A DNA stretch of 63,825 bases, counting the filler, from Fonticula-like sp. SCN 57-25 (Eukaryota), in assembly GCA_001724245.1 (NCBI GenBank). It is 3 parts of 3 records of this genome, joined end to end, with 100 filler letters (N's around TTAATTAATTAA, not from the genome) between each part and the next. Parts side by side here need not be neighbours in the genome. Positions count along the whole stretch, not along the records: positions 23,062 to 45,983 come from MEDX01000073.1; positions 46,084 to 63,825 come from MEDX01000112.1; 1 more part is not named here. The stretch is one strand, 5' to 3'. A program made the position numbers and the translations under genes. Positions 35,248-46,737 of the stretch are shown in pieces (position 1 is the stretch's first letter; each line of letters starts with the position of its first letter). The notes beneath the pieces were generated by a model. It was not told the DNA's origin. It made no database searches and saw nothing but the letters and a program-made list of their open reading frames with translations.

Positions 35248-35561
35248 GCATCCCTCGGCAGGAACAATATTAAGCAAAAAAAATGTTTGTCCGAATGTTT
35301 GTCGCTCTCTGTTCATCGTTGTTGTTGTGTTGTGATCACTTTGGCATTCTGTGCGCCCCGGCGCGATATATTGCCAATGCTCTTGTTGTACATGCTTGTT
35401 CACCCGCGTTCCCATCGCATATTTATGATTGTGCACCTTATTGATTGAAAGACGAAATGTTGCTGAGCGTCTGCTCGGCTCTCTGTGTAAAGTTGTGATG
35501 AAATAAAGCTCTGTGTTACATACAATTCCTATATGCAGTATGATATTGTGAAAAGTACAAA

Positions 35562-38435
35562 CTATGCGGCGGTCTCGAGTATCCTCTCAATGTCCACGCT
35601 GACAATGCGCACCGACGCGTCGTCAGCCGCCACCGCGAGCTCCCACGCTCTCCTTTCGCCTACACTTGCCGGCAGCATCGCCTTGCGCGGGTACCGCCAC
35701 GCGAGCCGATTGACATTCGCAGCCGGCCACGTGCTGTGCGGCACACTCACATCCAGCCGCTTCACACTGACGCTTTCCCCGCTGTGCGTGACGGCAAAAA
35801 AGGCCGTCTCGCGGCCGTTCTCTGCACCGACAACGAGCAACATTGCGCCGCTCTTGTCTGTACACGGCGCAAATGCGACGGCCGTGGCGCCGCACTTTAG
35901 CGCCACGCTCGCCGCGCACGTGTCGGGTGCGTCGACGCGCCACAGCTTGACTTCGCCGTCGCGCGACGCCGTTGCGTAAATGAGCCCCGTCGGCGCCCAC
36001 GCGCAGCCCCAGATGATGCGCGCGTGCATCTTTGGGCGAGTAAAGTGGACGGCAAAAGTGCCGTCGGCGGCGCGGCGGGAAAGCGCAATGGAGCGGTCAC
36101 GTGAGACGCTGAGGAGCCACGTGTCGTCGGGCGAAAAGGCCATTTGGGTGGTCGTGAGGGTGTGCGCGCGGAGCTCGCCGGCGGGGAGCCACGTGGTTGT
36201 GTCCCAGAGGCGGATGGCGCTAAAGTCGGACTGGGAGGCTTTGCTGGCGGAGGCGAGCACGTGGCCGCTGTGGTCGGCGGCGACACTGAACAGCTCGTAG
36301 CCGTGGCCATATCTGCGCAGGTGTCAGATCAAAGTAAAAGGGAAAGACATAACAGAAGTGAAACTGGCAATTTGGGTACCAAAAGAGAGCACAAAAGTGA
36401 CATTTTCAGCACACAACGTATAAACACACAAAAAAGAAGTACTCAAAAACATCACTTTTCGAGCAAAGATACCCTCAACCGCCCAAATCTGCGCACAATT
36501 TCTCTGATTCCGCCCACAATGTCCCCTCCATCAGATTCTCCTCAAACGGCGGCTGCCTCATCACGAGCGTCTGCACCGCCAGCGCCACATCCTCCCCCCC
36601 CTCATCGTCATCCTCACCCCCCCCACCCTTCTTCCCCCCGCCGTGCACGACCGCCTTATTGGACAGCCCGAGCGCCGGCGTATGCGCAGTCAGCGCCACA
36701 ATCTCGCGCGCCGGCGGCTCCAGCGCTTGCCCGACAATGTTGGCGAGCGTCTCGAGGCAGCTCGTCGGCGCGTCAAACACGCGCAGCACTTTTTCTTCGG
36801 CGCCGCTCACGAATTGGTGGCTGCCGGTGAAGGCCAAGCACGCCATGTCGTGCCCATGAACTTGAGCGCGGCCCACTTCAAACCACGTGGCTGAATCTGT
36901 TGTATTTATGGACTTGTCCGATGCATCTGTCTTGTCAGACGCATCTTTCTTGTCAGACTCCTTACCTTCGTCCGCCCACGTGGCATCACGTGTGCGCCAT
37001 TGGGCAAAAATGCGCGTTGTTTGGTCGGCCGCCGCCGTCGCCAAGTACGTCGCCGACGTGTCCCATGCCGCGTCCACGACCGACCCAAAGTGGCCGCCAC
37101 AAATGACGCGCGGCGACCACCGCTCGCCCGCCTCTGCGCCCTCTGCGCGCCACAAGTGCAGCGCGCCGTTAAAGCCGAGCGCGACCACACTTTTGGCGTC
37201 GGGCCCAAAGTGCGCGGCGAGAAAGCCGAAATTGTTTTGGCCGCCGACCTCGCCGAGGCGCACGCGGGGGATCCAGACGCCGGCGTCGGGGTCGGGCTCC
37301 CAGATGACGGCGGTCTTGTCGGTCGAGGCGGTGAGGAGGCGCGGCGGCTGGTGGCCGGTGGGCGTGCGGGGGGACCAGTGGACGCTGCGGACCCAGTCGT
37401 CGTGGCCGGAGAGGAGGGCGTCGAGGCGGATGGAGTAGACGCGGCCGAGGGTGAATTGTGCGGTTTCGTGGTGGCGCATAAGCTCGCGACTATGAAAAGA
37501 TGTCAGATGCGTTTTAAAAGTGCGCCAAAACAGAGTTGATACATGGAAAACATGGGTGCACACAACCAACAAGTTGCCTTGAAACCCAATTACACGCAGT
37601 AAAATACACCCAAAAAGCACAGAAAATGAAATAAAAGCAACTTATCAATAATTGAATAACATGCGTACATTTTGGTGAGGAGGCTGTCAGCGGCCTCCTC
37701 CCCCTGCTCGGCATCGCGCTCACCGACGACCCACAGCCTGATCGCGCGGTCCTGCGATCCCGTCGCCAGCATGATGCGCCCGTCGTCCATCGTCGCAAAC
37801 TGCGCTGCGCTCACCCAGTCCATGTGACCCGGCAACACGCACGCGGCCGCGTATGCCTCGCCCGCCGCGGCGGCGTACAGGCGCACATGGCGGTCCACCC
37901 CGCCCACGGCCAGCAGGCGGCCGCCGCACGGGAGACGCGTGAAAGCGAGGCAGAGCGCGGGCTTGGTGCCAAGAGAAATGGTCTGAAGCTTGGTTGCGGC
38001 CCCGTCGGAGAGGGAAACACGCCAGATGGTCACGGCGGCATCGCCCGAGGCCGCGGCCACTTCGACATGACCATCGCCATCGGCGGCATTAAGCACCGCG
38101 ACGGCAGTGATGGAGGAGCCGTGGGGAAGAGGGGTAGATACCGCCGTCCACTCAAACGGATTCTCTGTTGCAAGCCAGATGCGCACGGTCGAGTCGGCAG
38201 AGCCGCTGATTATCGCGACATCGCGGCCTTGGGACGATATCATCGCGACGGCATTGACGCGATCCGCGTGGCCGGACAAAACACACCGTACACCGTTGTC
38301 AACAGGGTCCACTGGGTCGCGCACACACACATGTGAAGCAGAGCCATATGCAAGCACGCGGCTGCCCCAGGCCGCAGCGCGCGGCGTCTTGTTGCATGAG
38401 GCGCTCACAAAGGAGAGCCGCACGGATCCCTCCAT
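35562..38435 (-). CDS. ELP2: Elongator complex protein 2
   Basis: Double WD40 propeller with LSGHDDWV, RLGEVGG, ADQTTRIF, WFEVGRAQVHGHD, SGAEEKVLRVF, LGLSNKA, TLWAESEKL|YGHGYEL. Confidence 0.95.
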
Positions 38436-39587
38436 CGTGGCCACGTGGACAAGATGCTGTGCAGGCGGGGCTGCCAAGCACGCGTAGATGTCCTATTGCC
38501 GCTCACAAAAAGATAGTTTATTTGACCGCAGGAACGTGAATAAAAGGTTTATTTGTGTGTCTGCTGTGCTCTGCTCCCTCGCCTGCATGGAACGTGCATA
38601 GTCTTCACAATACCCGTCGCACATTATGATGACGTCACTGTTTTGTTTGCAGCTCTCGCGTGTCTGTTGTGCGCAGCCCCAGGGCACGCACGCTGCGCAT
38701 CGGGTCCATTTAAAAGAGCTGCCCGCGCCATTTGGTGCATAAATAATGTCTTTATATGACACGCTAGCGTGCACTGACCGCGCGTCATCCCTGCGCGTTC
38801 CCCATGACGTCGTGCATCGCCGCTCGGTCGCCCCTGGCGCGTCTGTGGGGCTGATCGCCCTCGGGTCGCCTGTCGAGTCGCGCTCGCTGAGCAACGGGAG
38901 CAGCGGCGCGTCGCGGGTAGGTGCGGGGGATAGTCTGGTGGAGCCACCACGAAGGGAAGGAAGGAACTGGAGCCCGCGTAAGAGCATCACGGCCCTCTCG
39001 GTACGATGCCACGTCGGAGCGGGCATGTTGATGCTGATGCAGGGCTGATAGAGCACGGCGCCTCCGCCACCAACGCCGCCTCAGCTGGCACCGGAGCCGG
39101 TTTCGCCCGTGGTGACAAGCGCGCCGAGCTCGCTTCCTCTTCTGATGCCGCATCAGGTACCGGCATCCCGGTACGAGGTCCGCGTCACACTATGAGCATC
39201 GCTATGAGAACATTATTTAGTTTGAACGAGAAATTACCCACTAGTATGTTTTATTGCTTTGTTTTGAATATTTTTGTGCCACTATTTGTGCCATGATGCG
39301 CCATTGCGTATACGTGTGCCATGATGATGTACCATCGCGCACCACTTTAGGGATCTCGATGGCACTTTTGCTGTTTCTGTGAACATCCGTGGGTATCATT
39401 AAGTAGGAGATACTGATCGATAATGCGTTTTATGCTTAATATAATGGGAATGAATACCTTTTCACTCGGCAAAATGGTTTTGGATCGCTCGCGATGTTTC
39501 CTTGCAACACTGTGTTGAAGTAAAATGGAAGTAAAGAAAGGATGGTACGCTCTGTGGCACAACATTACATTGAAAGAGAATAATACA

Positions 39588-39872
39588 TCAAGAAGTGAAT
39601 GAACGATACAACAGATAAAGAAGCGCTAATGTCGCAATTCCAAAAAAGTACATGACCTCCTGCGGCACAAATGCAGTGTGACCGCCGCCGAGCGGGACCG
39701 ATGTCCCCATGCCTCGCGGAAGACGCGCATCCAGAATCCTACCAAGCACGTGTACATTAGTCCCCACCATCAAAGTAACATGTGCGCACCGCTGCTTCTT
39801 GCGGTCGTCCACCGGCGGCGCGTAAAACTCGTCCGACGCCGCGCCGCCCGCCCCTCGCTGACGCACCTCCAT
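39588..39872 (-). CDS. Small single-pass (tail-anchored-like) membrane protein
   Basis: ATG at 39872; in-frame intron ~39741-39788; C-terminal hydrophobic helix VMYFFGIATLALLYLLY. Confidence 0.6.
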   Translation of the reverse strand: MEVRQRGAGGAASDEFYAPPVDDRKKQRCAHVTLMVGTNVHVLGRILDARLPRGMGTSVPLGGGHTAFVPQEVMYFFGIATLALLYLLYRSFTS

Positions 39873-39880
39873 GTTTACTC

Positions 39881-39905
39881 GTCACGTGATGAAAAGTCAC
39901 GTGAT
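39881..39905. promoter_or_regulatory. Tandem E-boxes (GTCACGTGAT x2) in a 61-nt bidirectional promoter
   Basis: gtcacgtgat at 39881-39890 and 39896-39905, between divergent ATGs at 39872 and 39934. Confidence 0.6.
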
Positions 39906-39933
39906 ATTCGATTTTTGTCGGTTTGCCGCAGCC

Positions 39934-42900
39934 ATGGGCGATCGCGGCCTGGTCACCTGGGTTAATGACCAGCTGCACAGCCTCGTCGGCTACTCTGAGC
40001 GTCAGACGGTCGATTTTGTATTAGCCTTGTGTATGTTTTACTCATTTGGCTTAAAATTTTTGTCCTATTTTTGCTTACGCGTGCGTGCTAGCCAAGCGGT
40101 CCACGAGCTCGTCGGCCCTCTACAATGAGCTGACGACGGCGTCATTCCCGGCGACACCGCAAGTGCGCGCCTTTGCCGAGGCGCTTTACAGCCGCGTCCC
40201 TCACCCCGTACGTCATTTATTACATTACGCTCTAATTGCTTACCGAATCCCTTCCCTTTCCTTCTGTTCCCATTCCCATCCCAGGCGCCACCCATGGCGC
40301 GTTCGGAGCCGTCAGCATCGACCTCGGCAGCGCGCCGTGACCTTAAGGAAGCGGCGTCGCTTGCCAAGAAGAACGCGTCGTACGCGCTGCTGTCGGATGA
40401 CGAGGAGCAGGCGAGCGCCATCTCAAAGTCTGGCGCGCTGGAGCGGGAGAAGAAGAAGCGGCATCGGGATCGCGAGTCCAGGAAGGGCGATGCGTGGGAG
40501 GACGACGGGACGTCCGCAGTGAAGCGGAAAAAAGACGGTTCGTCATTTTTTGCTTATTTTGTTGTTTTACCGATCTTTCCATTCCTAACACTTGCCCAGA
40601 ATCCGACTCTGCCGCCGATGCCGACGACACTGACCGCCTCGCCGACCTGGCCGCCAAGCAAGCCTTTGAAGAGCGCCTCGCCGCGCGCGACTCTTCCAAA
40701 ACGCGCCAGCTCGGCGCCGACAAGGTCACCCTCGACGCCGCCGCCGAAGCGCAGCGCCGCCGCGACATTGCCGCCTCGCTCGCCTCCGACGACAAGCGCC
40801 TGCTCCTCTCCGCCCGCGAGCGCTCGCGCTACGACTACCTCGCCAAGCGCGAAGAGCAAAAACTGGGCGAGCTCGAAGTATCGCTCGCGCGCGAAGAAAA
40901 GCTCTTTCGCGACGAAAAACTGACCGAGCGCGAGCGCGTCCGCCTCGACGCGCAGCGCACCGTTCTGCGGCTCGCCAAGGAGCGCAAGGGCATGTCGGCG
41001 GACGTCGGCGGGTACCAGATGCCCGCCGCCTACGAGGACGAGCGCGGCATGCTCGACAGGAAAAAGGCAGAGCAAGTGCTGACTGCGCGCTTGGGCGGCG
41101 ACGACGCGTCGGCGTTTGTGAGCGAGCAGGACGAGTGGGAGGCGCAGCAGATCCGGACGGCGCAGGGGAGGGAGGCGAGGGGGGGTAAGCAGAGGGGGGA
41201 CGAGTACGAGTACTTGATCGAGGAGGAGGTCGAGTTTGTGCTTGAATCGACGGTGGGGGGGACCATTAAGGATGAGGAGGAGGAGGGGAAGGGGAAGGAG
41301 GTGCATGTCAGTGCGGCGGAGAAAAAGGGTACGTTAAAAATGGATAGGAAATGGGAAGAGGAAGATGGGTATATATGGAGTATGGTGTGTATGATATGGT
41401 ATGACATGGTGAGTATGATAAGATGAACATGGCATGGTGAGTATAGTGAGTATGGTGAGTATAATGAGTATGGTCAGTATGACATGGTGAGTATGGTAGT
41501 ATGGACATGATATGGTAAGTATGACATGATGAGTATGACATGGTGAGTATAGTGAGTATGGTATAAATGATACTTTTTGGTCTATTCGTATAGATTATTG
41601 ATACTTACCATTCCTTTTCCATACCTTCCCATACACTTTCCTATTTCTCTTCTAACACCTTTCTCCAGCCATGAGCATTCAAGAAGTCCGCCGCTCTCTC
41701 CCCACCTATGCCTTCCGCACCCCCCTCCTCGACGCCATCGAGCAGCACCAAGTCATCATTGTTGTCGGCGAGACCGGCTCTGGCAAGACCACTCAGGTCC
41801 CGCAGTACCTCCACGAGGCCGGCTACACAAAGCGCGGCAAGATTGGCTGCACGCAGCCGCGCCGCGTGGCCGCCATGAGTGTCGCCGCGCGCGTCGCGGA
41901 AGAAATGGGCGTCAAGCTCGGGTACGAAGTCGGGTATTCGATCCGGTTCGAGGACTGTACGAGTGAAGGGACGATATTAAAGTACATGACGGATGGAATG
42001 CTGCTGCGCGAGTTTTTGACAGAGCCGGATTTAAAGTCGTATTCGGCGCTGATTATTGATGAGGCGCACGAGAGGACGCTGCATACGGATATTTTGTTTG
42101 GGCTGGTGAAGGATATTGCGAGGTTTAGGCCGGATTTGAAGCTGCTGATTTCGAGTGCGACAATGGATGCGGAAAAGTTTAGCAAGTTTTTTGATGGGGC
42201 GCCAATCTTTAACAGTACGTTGAGGGATTTTGGGAGAGAGGGGAGAAAGGGAAAAGAGTGGTGCTTTAGGTGAAATTTGTGCTTTTGGATGGTTTTTGGA
42301 TGGTTTTTGGTACTTTTATGATACTTTCTGTTACTTTTATGTTACTTTTATGCTGCTTTTATGATACTTTTATGGTACTTTTATGATACTTTTAGGTTAC
42401 TTTCATGTTACTTTTATGTTACTTTCATGTTACTATTATGTTACTTTATGTTACTTTTTTCTCCTTTCCCATATTCACTCACTCTTTCTCCAGTCCCCGG
42501 CCGCCGCTTCCCCGTTGACATCTTTTACACAAAGGCCCCCGAAGCCGACTACCTCGACGCCGCCGTCGTCACCACCCTCCAAATCCACCTCACTCAGCCC
42601 CGCGGCGACATCCTCGTCTTCATGACCGGCCAGGAAGAGATCGAAACGTGCACTGAAATCCTCCAGCAGCGCACGAAAGCGCTCGGCTCCAAAATCTCCG
42701 AGCTCATCATCTGCCCAATCTACTCGACGCTGCCGCCCGACCTGCAGGCGAAAATCTTTGAGCCGACGCCGCCCGGCGCGCGCAAAGTGATTCTGGCGAC
42801 CAACATTGCCGAGACGAGCATCACGATCGACGGCATCACGTACGTGATCGACCCCGGCTTTGTGAAGCAGAACAGCTACAACCCGCGGTCGGGCATGGAG

Positions 42901-43887
42901 TCGCTGATCGTGACGCCGTGCTCGCGCGCGTCGGTCAACCAGCGCGCGGGGCGAGCGGGCCGCGTCGGGCCGGGAAAGTGCTTTAGGCTGTTTACGGCGT
43001 GGGCGTACCACAATGAGCTGGAAGACAATACGATTCCAGAGATTCAGCGCACGAATCTGGGCAATGTCGTGCTCATGCTAAAGAGCCTGGGCATCAATGA
43101 CCTTATCCACTTTGACTTTTTGGACCCGCCGCCGGCAGAGACGCTCATCCGCGCGCTCGAGCAGCTGTACGCGCTCGGCTCGCTCAATGACCGCGGCGAG
43201 CTGACAAAGCTCGGGCGGCGAATGGCGGAATTCCCGCTCGACCCGATGCTGTCAAAGACAATTTTGGCGAGCGAGACGTACAAGTGCAGCGAGGAAGTCA
43301 TTTCGATATGCGCAATGCTGAGTGTGAATAATGCCATCTTTTACCGGCCAAAGGACAAGGCAGTGCATGCTGATAATGCACGTGATACGTTGGTGCGGCC
43401 GGGCGGCGACCACATGACGCTGCTCAACGTGTGGAACACGTGGGTCGAGACGAATTACAGCATCCAGTGGTGCTTTGAAAACTTTATCCAGCACAGGTCG
43501 ATGAAGCGCGCACGTGACGTCCGCGAGCAGCTGCTTGGGCTGCTCGACCGCGTCGAAGTCGAGCTCACGTCAAACCCGACCGACACTGTTGGCATTCGAA
43601 AGGCGTTCACGGCGGGCTTTTTCTACCACGCGGCGCGGATGAGCCGCTCGGGCGAGTCGTACAAGACGATTAAGACGCAGCAGTCGGTCATGGTGCACCC
43701 GTCGAGCGCAGTGTACAAGGACAAGCCGAGGTGGGTGATTTACTTTGAGCTCGTGTTTACGTCAAAGGAGTTTATGAGGCAGGTGTGCGAGATAGAGTCG
43801 GCGTGGCTGCTGGAGGTGGCGCCGCATTACTACAAGGCAAAGGACGTGGAGGACCAGTCAAAGAAAAAGATGCCAAAGGCGAGGTGA
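39934..43887 (+). CDS. DHX16: Pre-mRNA splicing DEAH helicase Prp2/DHX16
   Basis: N-terminus [54 protein letters not shown] and C-terminal KKMPK typical of DHX16. Confidence 0.95.
41369..41572. repeat. Intronic low-complexity repeat (ATGGTGAGT/ATGAC-based)
   Basis: Many degenerate atggtgagtat/atgacatg units inside a DHX16 intron. Confidence 0.75.
42287..42460. repeat. Intronic ~11-bp degenerate repeat (GTTACTTTTAT)
   Basis: Repeated tacttttatg units inside a DHX16 intron. Confidence 0.8.
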
Positions 43888-44023
43888 AGTGTGAAAAGTG
43901 TACCATACGGATTTCAATACATATTCAGCATGAAAAGTAAAAATAAGACCAACAGAACAGAAAAAATAACATAAAAGTGTGTTCAAAGAGAGTCAGAAAG
44001 ATATAAATGTTGACACTATATTT

Positions 44024-44064
44024 GAAACTGTACTGAAACTGTACTGAAACTGTACTCGAGACTG
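44024..44064. repeat. 11-bp tandem repeat (GAAACTGTACT) x3+
   Basis: gaaactgtact gaaactgtact gaaactgtact in the convergent intergenic region. Confidence 0.85.
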
Positions 44065-44144
44065 TAATTCAAATAAGTCATGTTTCGTGTATTCATCCAT
44101 AAAGTATACTTTATACACCACTATATACACTTTTCCACCCCACT

Positions 44145-45829
44145 TTACATCGTTTTTCCTTCACTCTTATTGAGCCCCTCGACAATCACACGCAGCCTCG
44201 CCGTCAGCGCCGTCACATTCTCCCCCCTGATCGCCGCCACCGGAATCACTTCCAGGTCCGTCCGCCGACGCAGCTCTTCCAAGTTGCGCGCCGTGATGCC
44301 GTCATTCGTAACGTCCAGCTTGTTTGCGACGACGACGGCGGGGCGGCGCGAAAGGCCGTCGCGGTAACGTTCGAGCTCGTTTTGGAGAATGGCGAGGTCG
44401 CCCCAGGGAGTGCGGCCGGGCGAGCGGAGAAGGGCGAGGTCCTCGTCGCTGATGGTGGGAGGGGGAGGAACGTACGCGGACTTGCGCTTGCCTTTTTTGG
44501 GAGTGGGAGGTGTCACAATTTCACTGGAAAGTGAAAGTTAATGAGGGGAAAATGAAAAAAATGAGACAAAAAGGGCGAAAAAAGAAAGAAAAGGGCAAAA
44601 AAAGTGCACAAAAATAAGAAAAAATACACAAATTTACACAAAATTACACAAAATTACACAAACACTCACAAAAAAGTAATATACACTCACAATAAGCACA
44701 ATGTAGCTACAAAATTCATATTCTCTTCGTACATGTTTGTCGGCATCTTGAATGGCGCGTTCTCGATCGTCTTTGCTGATGCGTCGACCACTCCGCCCGT
44801 GAGGTCCACGACGTACACGAGCACTCTGCTGCGCTCGATATGCCGCAAAAACTGGTGCCCGAGCCCCCTATTGAGGTGCGCGCCGGCGATCAGCCCCGGG
44901 ATGTCGGCCATGCTGAGCCTGTGGTAGTCGCGGTACTCGATGACACCCACGAACGGGTTGAGCGTCGTGAACGGGTACGGCGCCACCTTTGGGTGCGCGT
45001 TCGAGACGGCGCGCAGCAAAGTGGACTTGCCGGCGTTGGGGAGGCCGACGAGGCCAATGTCGGCGAGCGTCTTGAGCTCGAGCTGAAAGTGCAGCGGAGC
45101 GCGCGTCTCGCCGGGGGTCGTGTGGCGGGGGGCGCGCTCGGTGCTCGTCACAAAGCGCGCGTTGCCTTTGCCGCCTTTGCCACCTTCGGAAAGTAAAAGA
45201 GAGGCGCCGTCGTCGGCGAGATCGGCGATCTGCTCGTACGTCGCGGGGGAATCTTCGGCATCGCTCATGTCGGAATCGGATTCGGATGCAGGATCATCCA
45301 CACGGCGCATCACGACAGTGCCGACGGGGACGGAAAGAACAATGTCCTTGCCGTTGCGGCCGTGGCGAAGCTTGCCTTTGCCGCTCTCGCCGTTCTCGCC
45401 GCGCACGCGAGAAGGCACATTGTGAAGACTGGTCGTGTTGGCAGAGGCGCGCACGAGGACGCTCCCGCCGCGGCCGCCATCGCCGCCGGCGGGGCCGCCA
45501 TCAGGGCGGAACTTTTCACGAAGAAAGGCCATGCAGCCGTCGCCGCCTTTGCCGGCGCACGCCTCAAGGTAGGCAACGTCGGCGAAGCGGCGCGTGCGAT
45601 CAAAGAGCTTGGTTCGCTTCTTGGCTGGCGATCCTGTCAAAGAGCCGGGCTTGGCGTCAATGTCCGCATCGTCTTCATCGTCGCTGAACGATTCGTCGCT
45701 CAAATCATAGACAACTGCCCGCTCGCCCGAGCTGGACACTTCAACGCGGCCGACCTTGGCCGCCGAAGAGAGGCGCGCCGCTAAAACTGGGCCGCCGCGC
45801 CACAAGCACAGCCGCCGCGCCAGCAACAT
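44145..45829 (-). CDS. MTG2: Mitochondrial Obg-family GTPase (MTG2/GTPBP5-like)
   Basis: Gly-rich Obg fold (GGPAGGDGGRGG), GLVGLPNAGKST, YPFTTL, DIPG, NKLD; basic presequence-like N-terminus; one intron. Confidence 0.88.
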
Positions 45830-45983
45830 CGTGGCCACGTGGATTGTAGTGTGTCAGCAGTGGCGGGAAATGCTACTGAAACATGTGTCAGGAACCACCT
45901 CCATCACCCTTACACGTGCCACGCCCTTCAACATCACGTGTACCATCCCTTTGAGTGGTGTCATTCGATTCGCCTCGTCACGA

Positions 45984-46083
45984 NNNNNNNNNNNNNNNNN
46001 NNNNNNNNNNNNNNNNNNNNNNNNNNNTTAATTAATTAANNNNNNNNNNNNNNNNNNNNNNNNNNNNNNNNNNNNNNNNNNNN
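45984..46083. other. Artificial contig-joining spacer (N44-TTAATTAATTAA-N44)
   Basis: Same 100-nt design as the first spacer; linker at 46028-46039. Confidence 0.97.
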
Positions 46084-46119
46084 TTTTTTTTTGTTTCTCA
46101 TCGTATGTTTGACTGTAGT

Positions 46120-46515
46120 AAAACGACGCCAGAGCCAATGCAGCAGAACGTTTATTATCGCGCCGAGATTGATTTGGGTTTTGTAGCTTACGTATTTGAA
46201 CCCGGCCAACGCCTGATAATTAGAATGAGCGGCAACGTCATATCGCGTTTCAATGTCAATACAAACCTTTTGTACGTCGCCTCTATTCACTATGCATTGT
46301 CGTCACTAACTGCTTTGATTGATAGCGGTTTGATGCGCGACCAGTATGACTACCGTGATTCAACGGGACAGCTGGCAATCGGCAAGGTGGACGGAAACTT
46401 GACCACGCTGTATCTTCCTCGCGTGAATCTTACCGACATTCCGAACAATTACAAGCCGACCGGGGCATCGGCTTCATTCGGCAATTTCGTAGACGCAGTT
46501 GTGAATTTGTTCTAG
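46120..46515 (+). CDS. 3' fragment of a CocE/NonD (X-Pro dipeptidyl-peptidase C-terminal domain) hydrolase
   Basis: PEPMQQNVYYRAEIDLGFVAYVFEPGQRLIIRMSG..RFNVNTN..TTLYLP resembles the PepX_C jelly-roll. The 5' end is lost in the gap. Confidence 0.6.
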   Translation, partial: KTTPEPMQQNVYYRAEIDLGFVAYVFEPGQRLIIRMSGNVISRFNVNTNLLYVASIHYALSSLTALIDSGLMRDQYDYRDSTGQLAIGKVDGNLTTLYLPRVNLTDIPNNYKPTGASASFGNFVDAVVNLF

Positions 46516-46737
46516 TGCAAGTCTCGTAAACTAGTAGCTTACATTTTTGTTGAAGTAATAAATAAAAGACTTGGTGAATGCAAAACATGTATGGCTATCT
46601 GCATTAACTTGGTACTGTATTAAATCTTTGTCTCTTACAATTCGATATCAGCTTGTCGGCACGGAAAGCTCGCTTTCAATATAGATGTCTGTATTAACTT
46701 GGTACTGAAATTATCCGCTATGTCTAACTCTTCTCCA

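Noticed and set aside
38493-39300. GC-rich segment upstream of ELP2 with overlapping ORFs on both strands
   Set aside because: No consistent spliced model or recognisable motif could be built, so it was not called as a gene.
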